DNA of 64,000 bases from Octopus vulgaris (GCA_951406725.2 OX597843.1:19654001-19718000); one strand, 5' to 3'; shown: positions 29,829 through 44,906, counted from the stretch's first letter. The notes: a model not told the origin generated them from the letters alone. Translations and numbers: made by a program.

Positions 29829-30222
29829 TCTTTATATATAAAAGTGAGGTTGTGTGTCTGTCTCCTACGATTTAGATTCCTAACTACTCCCACATTTTGC
29901 GGTGCAGTTTAACCAAAACCGGGTATCTTATAGTCGTGATTCATATCGAGACCGTCTGGGTATTAGCGCGCGTCTACGATGAGTCTACGATTTAAAAAAA
30001 AATTTACCATCAATTTTTCCCATTTTTAATCCATTTTTGACATATATAAGGGAAGTAACTCTCTAAAATTTATTATTAAATCTCAGAACGTAAAAAGCTA
30101 CAGTAACACCCTCCCCCTTTGTGGTTAGCCATATTGAGATGGCTATAATACTTTACATCTCTAAAAATGCTTATATAATTATTTCCCTTACAAACCCGAG
30201 CAACGCCGGGAGATACTGCTAG
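29829..30222 (+). mobile_element. Non-autonomous Helitron-like element
   Basis: 5' TCTTTATATATAAAAG; 3' CCCGAGCAACGCCGGGAGATACTGCTAG; 3' end shared with 1971-2343. Confidence 0.82.
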
Positions 30223-30301
30223 TATATATATATATACTCTTTTACTCTTTTACTCTTTTACTTGTTTCAGTCATTTGACTGCGGTCATGCTGGAGCACCG
30301 C

Positions 30302-30434
<133 letters not shown>

Positions 30435-30691
30435 CTTTTAGTTGGGCAACCAGCTCGAACCATCTCAAGTATAACAGCCCGAGATGGTCGTGACTTGTGG
30501 GACTTGACTGAGGAAAGAAAGCCACGAATGACCCGTCGTTTTTTTGCCTGTCCTAATCTTTGTTTCTCCTGTCCGCCTTTCTATCGTCTATCTGTCCCAA
30601 TCTTTTATTGTCTTCTATTGCATTTTTTACCATTTATATTTTTATGTGTGTATGTGTGTGTGAGTGTATATGTGTGTGTGTGTAATAATAT

Positions 30692-30807
<116 letters not shown>

Positions 30808-31831
30808 ATATATATATATATGCACTTATACACAGATGTGTATGATTGTGTATAGGAGAATATATTACTGAAAGAAATTCCAACTTTGATTTTCATGATT
30901 TATTTACAATCTTATAATAATATATGATAAGATAAGATAACATAATGAAGCGATAGAATATCAAATATCCACTCTGATTGAACAAGTACTTTCATGCATT
31001 CTTCAAGTTGTATAAAAATAGTTATTGTCTGCATCATTCGAAAGAGAAATGAATTCTGCATAAGGTGTAAAAGATAGAAATAATTTGTATGGTGTTAGTA
31101 ACAAAATATTTTGTTAGAAATAGGACTATTATCATCGGTCTTAAATTGAATTTCGCCAGTGTAGATATGTGTGTGTATAAATATTAATTTTAAATATTTA
31201 CAGGAAAGTAGCAAAAATTGATTTACATTTACAGTGCCGGTTTCAAATATGACTTCAGTATTAATTTTTTACACAAATTAGAAAAGGTTTATCCACTTAT
31301 CTGGATATTCTATTACCTCATGAAAGTTTATTGTCTCATTCTGCGGCTTGTATCGGATAAGAATACTGACCGAAGTACACATTTGTTATATCCCGTTATG
31401 TGTTTTTTTTAACGGCAGTGTCAGTAATTTTGTTGATGTATGCGATTCGCTGGAGTTTACTATCCGAAAAATAAATCCATTTTCCAGACATTCACCATTC
31501 CTACACGACGCAAAGTAATATGAGATGAGGTGTTTTGCTTAAGAACGCAATACAATTCCCTTTACGGGAATTGAAACCGCGATCTCGCTATCGCGAATAG
31601 AGCACCATTAACAGCGTGGTCATACGCCTTGGACACCAATTATATTATTAAACATGGTATATGACATATGTAGGTGGGACAGCATCTCAGAAATCCTTCT
31701 TATCTATTGGGCGTTTCCCTGAAGCAACACTCACTGAATTTACATGGATCCCCAAAAAGATCTGAGCGTTAATCCTAAGAGATGTCTCTTGTCAGCTAAC
31801 GATATGGCGTTGTATCATGTAATGATAGAAA

Positions 31832-32080
31832 GTAGCTTTTTAGCCCCAGGAGATCATCGTCTCCAGCTGGCTTTAGACACAATCCAGTGCCCTTTATGAT
31901 ATTCGCAAAGGGAGGTCATCCCCTGTCGAAAACCTAAGTGATACGCATAGACTGCAGTTTCGAGAATATTGTCTCTTGTCAACACACGCTAATCACGGTC
32001 CATGAGTATCACTTAGGTTTTCGAGAGGGGATGACCTAAAGCGAGCTGGAGACGATGATCTCCTGGGGCTAATAAGCTAC
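31832..32080. mobile_element. ~250-bp element with ~37-bp terminal inverted repeats and an internal hammerhead-like motif
   Basis: gtagctttttagccccaggagatcatcgtctccagct ... agctggagacgatgatctcctggggctaataagctac; absent from the paralogous site at 13380. Confidence 0.8.
31943..31989 (-). ncRNA. Minimal hammerhead-like motif, U3-A8 core
   Basis: GCGUGUG-UUGACAA-GAGA caauau UCUC-GAAAC ugca GUC|UAUGCGU; homologous to 44789-44832. Confidence 0.68.
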
Positions 32081-32954
32081 AGTAACACCCCCACCCCTAG
32101 TGGTTGGCCATATTAAGATGGCTAGTATACTTTACGTTGTCGAGCCCTTACTGATTACATCTCGCTCAGAGATTTATTATTGATTATAAACATATCTGCG
32201 TCACAAGCCAATGTTTCCTGATTGTGTAAGCCTATGATTAGAGGACATCCGGTCGTCATCTTCCCATCCATTTAGTTATATAGCATTGTCTCCGGTCTCT
32301 AGGTGAGCAGCGTTTTCCCTGAATTAAACTTCTTAAGCACACATGCAACCAAAAACCCATAGGACACTTGTGTGTAGACCACTAAATACATGCTTCCAAC
32401 TCCTCAGATCTGAATGCTTCGTCACCTTCCCGTCCCCGCAGGACTTTCGAATGAAAAAATAAATTGTACGGTTAAAAAGTATAGAATTTAAATTAAAAAG
32501 ATAATATTAAACAAGAAGATTCAAGCAAAATAGTCGGCAATGCCTGTACACAATGTCTGTACACAAATTTACAAATTGCTTTGCAGCGTTTCTGTCGGCT
32601 ATTCGCGTTCTGAGTTCCTTTCCCACCGAAGTCCACTTTGCCTTTCATTTCTCAGAGGTGCTGAAGTCCAATTAGTCGACTGACCACTTCCCCCACAATA
32701 ACACAACCCACTGGTATTCTACCTAAGCCAGAGAGAAATTTACAGGCGGCAATCTAGGATTTCAGGACAAAGAATTGCTACGCGGGGTCATATGTAATCA
32801 TGTATGATTATATAAAAATGCATCAGGATATATATACATACACAAACAGTAACAAATATATGTGCGTGTATGTGTGTGTGTGTGTGTGTGTGTAAGTGTA
32901 CCTGTGTGTGTTTGTGTATGTGAATGTGTGCAATTATGTACGTTTGTATATATA

Positions 32955-32998
<44 letters not shown>

Positions 32999-33163
32999 GG
33001 TTTAGGACAGTCTGTGTGGTAAGTAGCTTGTTTACCAATCACATGGTTCCAGGTTCAGTCGCACAGCGTGGCACTTTAGGCAAGTGTCTTCTACTATGGC
33101 CTCGGGTCTACCAAAGACCCTGTGAGTGGATCGGTAGACAGAAACTGAAAGAAACCCGTCGTA

Positions 33164-33205
<42 letters not shown>

Positions 33206-35072
33206 AGTGTGTGTCTATATGTTTGTATGTGTTATTTTATTGGTCACTTTTGCCGATTCGCTATGTTAAGGGGGTCGTAAAAAAAGCATGCTGCCAAGCT
33301 GTGAATGGAGAATAAATATACACACACATATGTTTGTATGTCTTATTTTATTGGTCACATTTGCCGATTCGCTATGTTAAAGGGGTTGTTATGGTTGCTT
33401 GGAACCAAATGCTCACCGAAAGATGATCGTCAGGAATAACGTTATTCTATTAAGTCTCATATTTATAGAAAGATATATATAGAGAGGGGAAAAATAAATC
33501 ATATATATATGTGAGTGTATATATAAATGTAAAATCTTAAAAGAAAAGTTTAAAAATTTATTTACCTCTATAACGCCGGATCAATATATGACTTCAGTTT
33601 GAATTTTTGACAGAAATTAAATCTTTTATCCACTTATCTGAATATTCTATTGCCTCATATAAGTTTTTTGTCTCACGTTCCAGCTGCTATCCGATAAGAA
33701 TACTGAATGAAATACCCTGTTGAAAAATTATCTAATTTTTTTTTTAAACGAGAGTGGTAGTATTTTCCCTTGATGTATGTGATTGGCTGCAATTCTTTAA
33801 TATCCGGAAAATAAATCCATTTTCCAGCTAGTCACCATTCCTACACGTCAAGTGTTGAAATGGTCGCTGTGCAACATGAGATGAAGTGTCTTGCGCAAAA
33901 TACACCTCTCGGTCCTGTATCTGAAATCACGACCTTGTTATCGTGAGTAGCATACTTAATCACGATTTCATGTGTCCTCGGCTTCTATTATATTACCAAA
34001 ACTTTATTTTTCATGTGTCCTGACAACACCCAGAGAATATTCTTATCTACTTGACACTTTTCTAAAACAAACGCCATTGTTTTTATCGATTATTGGGATG
34101 GCGATATCTGCTCAAAGACACGACCTCATCTATCTTGTTACTAAAATGCAAACCCGACGAATTTTCCTTGTCACCCAGAATATATTTCAGTTGGTTGTAA
34201 AGTATTCTTGTTGTTCACTGATGACAAGACTATGATCAGAGGCGTTTCGATCGTGATCATCCCGTCGATTTACATATATTGCAATGTGTGTTGTGTTCTC
34301 TCCCTGGTTAAGACGATAGGGTGTGAGACAATGGAATATCATTGTCTCAAATGCTTACGATAGGGCTGATAGCGCAAATGTTCAAGTAATGGACATTCAT
34401 TAGTCCTGAAACCTACACCTACAATCATTATTGTTAATACATCACATGATATGGATGTTAATTTTCGTAGATCTTTCCGAAATATAAGTCCGACCTTACT
34501 ATCAAGATGAAGCATCAATTTATTAAATGACATCTAGGACTGAATTATTCTGCTACTAGCAGAAGAATGAAAGTGATATTCTAAGTGCTTTACTTTCCAT
34601 GTGTGTTTAGCATATTGTAACTTTCATGTACATGGGTTATCTCAAGTACAACATACCCTCGAAAATTTAGGGACGTCCAGTTCACCCTGTGTAACTTGCC
34701 ACAGGAGTCACACAGCAGATGCAGGTACTAGAGGGTAAAGACTGTACTAATTCCCTAAGTTGTTCACGTGAGCATCCGCATACCAATTTATTATTATTCC
34801 ATATACACAAAACACTTTAGATTGTGTGAATGCATATATTTATGTAGGTTTATATATATATATATATATAAATATATATACATATATGTATATATGTGTG
34901 TGTGTGTGTGGGCGTCTAACTACATTTGTGTGTGTGTGTGAGTACATGCACATGTGTATGGGGTTCAACATACACACACATACACACACACACATACACA
35001 CACACATATATATATATATATCTATATATATATCTATATATATATTATATATATATAGAGAGAGAGAGACAT

Positions 35073-35141
<69 letters not shown>

Positions 35142-35661
35142 GGGAGTGAGTTGATTACATCGACCCCAGTACATAACTGATATTGATTTCATCGACCCCG
35201 AAAGGATAAAAGGCAAAGACAACCTCGGCGGAATATTTCTACTTCAAATTTAATATTATTACGTTCATGCATTTTTGAAATTGGGTGTTAAAGCAGAAAT
35301 TCTTCTATTTGGAGATGGTCGTCTGTTGCCAATGAAACACGCGCAATATATATTTGATCTTCTTATTGTTATTATCATTGTTGTTGTTGTTGTTATTGGT
35401 ATGCCGGACGAAATGCTTAGACTTATATCGTCTGCCGCTACGTTCTGCGTTGAAACTCCGACGCGGTCGACTTTGCCTTTCATCCTTTCGGGGACGACAA
35501 AATTAAGTACCAGTGAAACACTGGGGTCGAAGTAATCGACTGGTCCCTTCCCTACAAATCTGAAGCCTTGTGCCTCCAGTAGAGAAGATTATTTTTTTTA
35601 TTGTTATTATTATTATTATTATTATTATTAGTAGTATTATTATCATTATTATTATTATTCT

Positions 35662-37680
35662 ATGTTTGACATTTGCTTTATTTTTGTACAAGTTGGCTTC
35701 AAGTCTCACCCAGAGACCTCAAGAGACAACAGGTTGGAAGTTCACGTTGTTGTTATGCCTAGCGTGCCATATATTTGGTTGTTTTTTGTGTTGTACTGGT
35801 GGATGTCTAAAAAAAAAGAAAAAATGTGTGTTTTAAACCTTGAGATTACATAGAAAGTATTTTGCGTAGGATATGAGCAGTTCCCATGAGCACTATCTTT
35901 TGAATTTCTGCCACTTTTGGGTTTCCTGGTATCTGAGTTAGGTAGCTATCAGCCCCTTTTGCTATCATTCCCAGGGCACCTATGACAACAGGTATTGTTT
36001 TAGTCTTCAGCTTCCACATTTTGCTGATTTCTATTTCAAGATCTTTATATTTGCTCAGTTTTTGGTAGGTCTTGACAGATACGTTTATATCGATTGGGAC
36101 AGTCATATCAATGAGGAGGCATGTTCTTTGTTTGAAGTATTTCAATATGATGTCTGGCCTATTCGCATCTATCTTTCTGTCAGTTTGAATGGTGAAGTTC
36201 CCGAGGAGTGAGATATGGTCATTTTCAAGCACTGGGGGTGGTTTGTGTTCCCACCAGTTTTTTTCATGGGGCAAATCCAGGTTTTTGCAGATTACCCAGT
36301 GAATATATTGTGCAGTTCTATCGTGCCTGTTCAGATACTCTGTAGGCGCTAGAAGACTGCACTTGGAGACCACATGATCAATGGTTTCATTTTGTTGTCG
36401 GCATACACGACACGTTGGACTGCGGCTGATCTTTAATATGTTGGCCTGGTAGTTCCTTGTTGGTAGGCATTGATCTTGTGCTGCTATGATAAACCCCTCT
36501 GTTTCAGATTTTAAGCCAGAGGCCTTTAGCCATTGATGGGTCAGGGCTTTGTCAACATCTGCATTATTCGCTCTCTTTGGGTATTTGCCATAGAGAGTTT
36601 TTTCTTGCCATTTATTATTCAGAATATCTAAGGCCGCAGATTCAACTTGGGTTTTCATGCGCTTAGCTTTTTCTGTGCTTGTTTCTTGTATGTCTATCTC
36701 TAATTCCGAAATTTGTTGTATTCGGAATTCACTTAGATATTCCTTTGCCTGTTTTGTTACTGAGTATGATGCTTTCTTGTTTTCGTGTTTTGAGACAGTT
36801 TTAACATCCAGTCCTCAGAGTTTTTCAGGTAGGTGTCTAGGCCAATTGTAGCAATCTTCATTGTTATCGCCAGTTTTAAAAGTCCACGGCCTCCCTCTTT
36901 TCTTGGCAGATAAAGTCGTTCTGTATCTGCCTTAGGGTTGTGCATTCTATGCATTGTCAACAGTTTTCGTATTGTTCTGTCAAGATTACATATTTCAGTA
37001 ATTGACCAGTTAATGATATTGAAACTGTAAGTCACGACTCGTATCGCTAATGCATTGATCGCTTCGATCCTGTTTCTCGCATTCAGCTCTGTCTTGAGTA
37101 TTGCTCTTACTCTGCGATAGCATTCTCTCCTGATCCTTTCCTTCATCTCTGAATGCCTTATTCCGTCTCCTTCGATTACCCCTAGATACTTGTAGTTCTC
37201 CGCTGGGTCTAGTTCTTTTATGACATTCTGCTGGTCAAGGTTAACCTTAGATGCTTCTGTCATTTTTCCTTTGATAAAGGTAGCTTTTGCACATTTATCG
37301 AGGCCAAATTGCATTCTGATGTCATCACTGAATTGTTTGACAATCGCTAGTAAGCCCTTGAGTTGTTGGTCGTTTTTGCAAAGAGCTTTAAATCATCCAT
37401 ATAAATGAGATGATTTATAGTTTTATCAAACATTTTTTACCCGTACTGCGCATCATTGAGCAGCTTTGAGAGAGGTATTAAAGATAAACAAAAGAGGAGT
37501 GGTGACAGTGAGTCACCCTGGAAAATGCCACATGAAATTTTTACATCACCAGCATTTAGAGATTCATTGTCACTGTTCAAAGTTAGTGTGGTTCTCCATG
37601 ATCTCATACTTACAGACAAAAACTTTCGCAGAGCAGGTGCTATCTTATACATTTCTAGGCATTTCTTAATCCAGCTATGT
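35662..37680 (-). mobile_element. 5'-truncated R4/Dong-like LINE (RT plus restriction-like endonuclease), frameshifted
   Basis: GIFQGDSLSPLLF, QFGLDKCA, YKYLG, RLYLPRKEGGRGL, CRVC..ETIDHVVSKC, RHD, RPDI..D; flanked on both sides by (TAT/TAA)n, the known Dong target. Confidence 0.93.
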
Positions 37681-37681
37681 G

Positions 37682-37973
<292 letters not shown>

Positions 37974-38139
37974 AGGCGGCGAGGTGGCAGAATCGATAGC
38001 ACGCCGGGCAAAATTCTTGGTGGTATTTCGCTCGTCTTTACGTTCTGAGTTCAAATTCCCCCGAGGTCAACTTCGCTTTCCATCATTTCGAGGTCTATAA
38101 ATTTAGTACCAGTTATGTCCTGAGGTCCATGTAATTGAC

Positions 38140-40295
38140 TATCTAACACACCAGATGTATATCACTGCATATCTCTCCCGCCTTCGCTCCAGGGAGAAGA
38201 GTTTTAGTACTTTCAGTCTTTCACAGTAGCTGATATGTTGCAGTGAGACGATCTTCTTTGTGTAGCTTTGTTGGATTGCTTCGAGTTCTGCTGTTAACTT
38301 TATATTGTGTGGTGACCATAGTTGGGAGCAGTAGTCCAAGTGACTGAGGACAAATGTCTTCCAAAGGACCATCAGTGACTCCTTCACTCTTGTTCTGTAA
38401 GTTCGGAGAATCCATCCGGTTAACCGTCTGCATTTTATTACCAAATTAGTAATATGAACTTTTTAAGATGCATCATTGCTCATGTCAATGCCCAGGTCAC
38501 GCACTGAGTTTGACTCAGGAATTACAATTCTTCCCGGGCCAGTGTATCCGGTCTGCATGTCGTTCACCTTTGTGCGCAGGGCTTGGAACTCCCCTGCATT
38601 AAACTGCATGTTGTTGTCCTCAGCCCACCTGTATATTGTATCCAACTCCCGTTGCAGATGTGCAATATCTCCAGGGTTTTGCTTTGTGTGAGAGACTTTT
38701 GTGTCATCTGCATAGCTAGCAAGAGTGGCCATCTTAGCAACTAGCGGCATGTCTGAAAGGGCCACTATGAACAGCATTGGCCCCAAGACAGTGCCCTGTG
38801 GAACACCGCTTGTTAATTGTGTTTTCTTGGAGGTGGTTCTGCCTACCTTCTATCTTTTAGGAAGTTGTACAGCCACTCTCCAAGTTTTACGCCTATGCCC
38901 AAATCACGCAGTTTGTGACAGAACATACCATGGTCGACTTTATCAAAGGCTTTTGCAAAGTCGAGATATATCACATCCACACTTGAGACATTTAGTAGCT
39001 GTTTTAACACCCAGTCATAGTGTTGCAGGAGTTGTGTTAGACAGCTTCTACCTGGTCGAAATCCATGCTGGTTGTCAGTCGGCAAGTCATTTTCTTCTAG
39101 GAACATGATTAGTTTCTTGCTGACTATTCGTTCCATGACTTTGCTGATGTGTGAGGTCAGAGAGATAGGCCTATAATTTTTAGCATTTACTCTGCTTCCT
39201 CCCTTATGGATAGGGCATATTATCCCTTCTTTCAATTTGACTGGGAGCTTACCACTTGCAAGAAAGATCTGAAAAAGAAGCTGTAGCGGTTTTGCAAGGG
39301 CTCGTTTGCACGATTTGAGAAGGATCGCTGGAAATCCATCAGGTCCAACAGCTAAGTTTGTGTCAATCTCATCTATGGCGAGTGTGATATCATCATCTTC
39401 AATGTTGATGTACTCAATTTTTGCCTCTTTGGCTACAGGTAAAGTGGCAAAAATTCTTCTGGTTTGTTTACTTGCCTGTGTCCTAGAGGTGTCGGGAACG
39501 CACTTTGGAACTGTTCGTTCAGTATTTCACTTACCCACGTGGGATTTCCTGTGAGGAAGCCATCTTTTTAGAAGAGAGGTCCTATCCTCTGACGCACTGT
39601 GGCTGTATCTTTGGCAAACTTAAAGAAAGCTTTAGGGTTTGACTTGATATTTTCTATTACCCAAGCTTCTTTATCTGCTCTCTCCTTTTCATGGGACTGA
39701 TGCAGACATTTCTCAATTTCCATTAACATTCTCTCGAGGCGAGACTTTTCACCACTTTTGGTGTGCTTGCTCAGTCGGTTCGCAATCCTTGTCCGTCGTC
39801 TCATAAGAATCCTCCTTTCTCTAGGGATCCTGTTTTTGTTTGTGCTGGACCTGCACACTGGGACATATTTGTCATATATGGGTTGTATAATGGACATGAA
39901 ACGTTTGTATTTCATGGTGTGGAAGGACATTTAGGCTAATCCTGTTTGAGGATCTCTTTCTCAATCAACTTCCAATTTGCTTTATGAAAGTTTAGTTTGG
40001 AGAGATTGTGGATGCTTCGTATAGGCTGTGCGTCTGCGGGAGCTTTTGGTCCATGCATAGACAGCTCTGTTATGTTGTGATCCGAGACCAATGTCGGCAT
40101 CACTTAAACATTATGGATAATGTCTATATTGTTTGTGAGGCAGAGATCCAGTATATTATTTGCCCTGGTTGGTTGAAGCACAATTTGCTCCATTAAAGAG
40201 GCATTTATGAGATGGAGCAGGGACTCCGACTGTGCCTGCTGATGGTGTGTCATCCCTGGGAGCTTCTGCCTTCCAGGCCATTCCACATTGGGGAA
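38140..40295 (-). mobile_element. CR1/L2-group LINE ORF2 fragment (end of endonuclease region plus RT), disrupted
   Basis: PTRANNILDL, NYRPISLTSHISKVMER, YLDFAKAFDKVDHG, GPMLF, YADDTK, LDYCSQLWSP, SLERRR. Confidence 0.92.
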
Positions 40296-40296
40296 A

Positions 40297-40356
<60 letters not shown>

Positions 40357-40361
40357 GAAGG

Positions 40362-40412
40362 AGCTTCTACAGGACTAGAACTGTTTCATTCAAAAGAAAT
40401 CGTCAGGAAGCT
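40362..40412 (-). ncRNA. Type I hammerhead ribozyme in the Penelope inverted arm
   Basis: AGCUUC-CUGACGA-U UUC uuuu GAA U-GAAACAG uucuaguc CUGUA|GAAGCU; stem II weak. Confidence 0.75.
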
Positions 40413-41371
40413 AGGTGACAAGAGTAGTTTTGGCATTTATACATTTAGGCAGGTTTAAAGGGGTGGGGGACTTTTTTGGGGGTAGGCATGGCGCAAACTA
40501 TCATTCTTAGGGGAGTGGTCAAAGGAATCGGTGGTAAAGTAGATAAAAGAATAAATAAAGAATAAAAGAATAAATAGAAAAATAGAGTTTTAGGTAAATA
40601 AGGAGACTCTCACTTATACATATACATATACATATATATACATATATATATGTGTGTGTGTATGTACATATACACATACACATATGTATACATATACATA
40701 CATACGTATACACACATATACATACATACACATATACATATATACACATACACATACGTACACATACACACATACACCCATATACACATGTACATATGTA
40801 CCCATATACATGTATCTACGTACACGCCCATACCCATACTCATACATACACTTATATATGTCTACACACATATATATATTAAAGGGGATATACACCCCAT
40901 ACACACACATTCACACACATACACACACATTTCTTCCCTTATTTTATTTTTATTTTTATTTTTGTTTTTATTCTTATTTCTATCTTGACCTCGGCAAGCC
41001 AGCCCGGCACTGAAGTGATGTCGTCCCAAGGGAACTAGTCTAAAGAATCCATTTATTGCCCCTCTCCCTTCCTTTCTATCTTTCTACTCACTGATACGAA
41101 CACAAACACTCACACACGCACACACACTCACACGTACACTCATACACATACACACACGCATGTGTTATATTCATACATACATACATCTACATACATGCAC
41201 GTATATATACATACGAACACGTACCTACAAATTCATATCTACACGCATACACATACATACATCTATACACCCACAGAAGACTAGTCCATACATATACACA
41301 AATAAATATATATACATATACATATACACATACATACGCATACATACACACACACATATATATATATATAC

Positions 41372-41412
<41 letters not shown>

Positions 41413-42171
41413 CATATATATATACATATACACATACACAAACACGTACGCGCATATCTACATATACATACACACATATATACTTACACCAGTCATATAA
41501 TACCTACATACCCATACATCCATATATCTATACATATACATACACGTATATATATACACAAGCACACACTAATACACACGCACACACATCTATCTACATA
41601 TATAAAACAGAAACCCAACAAGTCCAAACATGTACACATACACATACATACATGCATATACATATATATACCCATACACATATACACATACATACACATA
41701 CACATATATATACACACATAAATATATATACATATATACACATACATATACATACACACATGCATACACATACACACACACGCGCGCATCTATATATACA
41801 CATAAGTACATACATGCATAAATGTATACATATGTTTATACATATTCATACACATACACACACACGCGCACATCCTTATATACATAAATACATACATGCA
41901 TACAAACATATACATATATACATACATGCATACTCAAATAATAAATAATAAATAATAAATATATATACATGCAGTTACCCATTATACAGACGGATACATA
42001 CATATAAACATACACATATATACCTATTTACACATATGTATATATACATACATACATACACATACACATAACTCTACAAGGTCACTTATTTCAGCCGAGT
42101 CGCTAGCACACCATTCTTGTCAGCATTTTTTCTTGGTGATGGTTATAAGGGCACTGGGGTGTGCTAGGATA

Positions 42172-43363
42172 TGTTTCGACGTCAGCATGGGTGCTAGCGA
42201 CTCGGCTGAAATAAGTGACCTTGTGGGCCTTTTCATCCTCCATAGGCTGAAGACCTTATTCACAGGCCTCTCCGGTGGTCTTTACCGCGATGATGGCCTT
42301 TTTGCCCTCCACAAAATAAACCCCAGGACCACGGATGGGTTCCGGAAAAATCTTTACACTTTTTTTAAAAACTTAGGACTTAGGATTACCTTAGAATCCA
42401 ACTTAACCAAAGCTAACTTCCTTGACGTTACCCTCGACTTAAAAACATCACTTTATTACCCGTACCACAAACCAAATGAATCCCTTAGATATATAGACAT
42501 TAATTCCAACCACCCCAAAAATATATTAGACAACCTAGTAAAAAGTGTCTCAATTAGAATATCTAGCCTGTCCGCTACAAACATATTACAACGAGGCCCT
42601 GGCCCGCAGTGGCTTTAAAGATAAGATCACCTATACTAGCATAGCCCCACGCCAACCCAGGAAAAATAGGCGAAGACACATTAGCTGGTACAACCCCCCT
42701 TTCAACCGTGAGGTCGCTACACCTGTAGCTAAAATCTTCTTCACTCTCCTACAGAAACACTTCCCCACCCAACATAAGTACTATACAATCCTAAATAAGA
42801 ACACCATTAGACTCTCCTACTCTACCACGCCCAATCTAGCCAGGAACCTAGCCAACAATAACGTGAAAAAACTTAATAAATCTACTTTTTCCGAGGCCCA
42901 TCCAACATCCGATAGCAATTGCAACTGCCCTGATAAAACCACTTGCCCCTTCAACAACAACTACCTACAGAAGGACCTCGTCTACACATGCGAGGTACGA
43001 TCAGGCCCCGATGATAAAAGAAAATCGTACATCGGAATGACGTCAAACAGCTTTAAGACTCGTTGGTACGCCCACACACATTCGTTCCGGCGACCTGACA
43101 AATCCAACCAAACTACCCTCGCCGCCCACATCTGGTACCTTAAAAGGAACTCCATCCCCTTCAAGATCAAGTGGAGACTACTACAGAGGGCGCGTTCGTA
43201 CACAGGAGGCCATACCTGCTGTGACCTTTGCATTTCTGAGAGCCTGGAGATCTTGTTCGCCAAAGGCCCTCTCCTCAACAAGATCTCGGAACACTCCCCA
43301 AATTGCATGCATAAAATTTATGCAAACTATAAAAACTACAGACCCCCCCGGCAACCCGATTGA
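42172..43363 (+). pseudogene. Penelope RT C-terminus plus GIY-YIG endonuclease (one frameshift near 42580)
   Basis: FDVSMGASDSAEISDLVG, GLYRDDGL, NFLDVTLDL, SNHP, WYNPPF, CNC..CP, VYTC...YIGMT..FKTR, CDLCISE, LLNK. Confidence 0.92.
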
Positions 43364-43651
43364 TGTGTGTATACATATGTGTATGTGTATGTATGTGTAT
43401 ATGTGTATGGGTATATATGTGTATATGCATGTATGCATGTGTATGCGTGTACATGTATGGACTTGTTGGGTTTCTTTTTTATATATGTAGATAGATGTGT
43501 GTGCGAGTGTATTAGTATGTGCTTGTGTATATATACGTGTATGTATATGTATAGATATATGGATGTATGGGTATATAGGTATTATATGACTGGTGTAAGT
43601 ATATATGTATGTATGTATATGTAGATATGCGCGTACGTGTTTGTGTATGTG

Positions 43652-43714
<63 letters not shown>

Positions 43715-44241
43715 ATGTGTATGTATGTGTATATGTATATGTATATATATTTATTTGTGTATATGTATGGACTAGTCTTCTGTGGGTGTATAGATGTATG
43801 TATGTGTATGCGTGTAGATATGAATTTGTAGATACGTGTACGTATGTGTATATACACGCATGTATGTAGATGTATGTATGTATGAATATAACACGTGCGT
43901 GTGTATATGTGTATGAGTGTACGTGTGAGTGTGTGTAAATATATATGTATATATATATATATATATATATGGATATGGGAGCGTGTGTGTATGGGGTGTA
44001 TATCCCCTTTAATATATATATGTGTGTAGACATATATAAGTGTATGTATGAGTATGGGTATGGGCGTGTACGTAGATACATGTATATGGGTACATATGTA
44101 CATGTGTATATGGGTGTATGTGTGTATGTGTACGTATGTGTATGTGTATATATGTATATGTGTATGTATGTATATGTGTGTATATGTATTTATGTATATG
44201 TATACATATGTGTATGTGTGTGTGTGTATGTGTATATGTAC

Positions 44242-44295
<54 letters not shown>

Positions 44296-44513
44296 GTATA
44301 TGTATAAGTGAGAGTCTCCTTATTTACCTAAAACTATATTTTTCTATTTATTCCTTTATTCCTTTATTTATTCTTTTATCTACTTTACCACTGATTCCTT
44401 TGACCACTCCCCTAAGAATGATAGTTTGCGCCATGCCTACCCCAAAAAAGTCCCCACCACCACCCCTTTAAACCTGCCTAAATGTATAAATGCCAATACT
44501 ACTCTTGTCACCT

Positions 44514-44564
44514 AGCTTCCTGACGTTTCCTTTTGAATGAAACAGTTCTAGTCCTGTAGAAGCT
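44514..44564 (+). ncRNA. Mutated hammerhead copy in the Penelope 3' pLTR
   Basis: Same fold but core reads CUGACGU (A9 lost). Confidence 0.55.
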
Positions 44565-44644
44565 CCTTCTATAAAATAAATTAATTTACTCTGCTATGTA
44601 TTGAGTACCTTATTTACTGTGGTTAACCCCGACTCAACCCGGGA

Positions 44645-44715
<71 letters not shown>

Positions 44716-44736
44716 CTTATTCGTCTTCTTATTATG

Positions 44737-44775
<39 letters not shown>

Positions 44776-44788
44776 ACCTGGTGGTTAC

Positions 44789-44832
44789 CGCCCGTTGATA
44801 AGAGACAATAATCTCGAAACCGGTCCGGTGCG
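44789..44832 (+). ncRNA. Minimal hammerhead-like motif, U3-A8 core
   Basis: CGCCCG-UUGAUAA-GAGA caauaa UCUC-GAAAC cg GUC|CGGuGCG. Confidence 0.7.
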
Positions 44833-44906
44833 TATCACTCAGGCTTACGAGAAAGGGATGGCCTCCCTTTGCAAATACCAGAAGCGACACCTACTGGTCT
44901 GGCTAC

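Larger units (their letters stand above)
30895..34780 (-). pseudogene. Degenerate gene unit: exon A 33997-34405, B1 ~33566-33786, B2 ~31226-31449, C ~30895-31055
   Basis: Duplicate of 12445-16460. Confidence 0.45.
40352..44645 (+). mobile_element. Penelope-like element (Naiad-type), 5'-truncated, with an inverted copy of its 3' region upstream
   Basis: RT and GIY-YIG ORFs; 40352-~41705 is the reverse complement of ~43362-44575; flanked by (TA)n on both sides. Confidence 0.9.
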
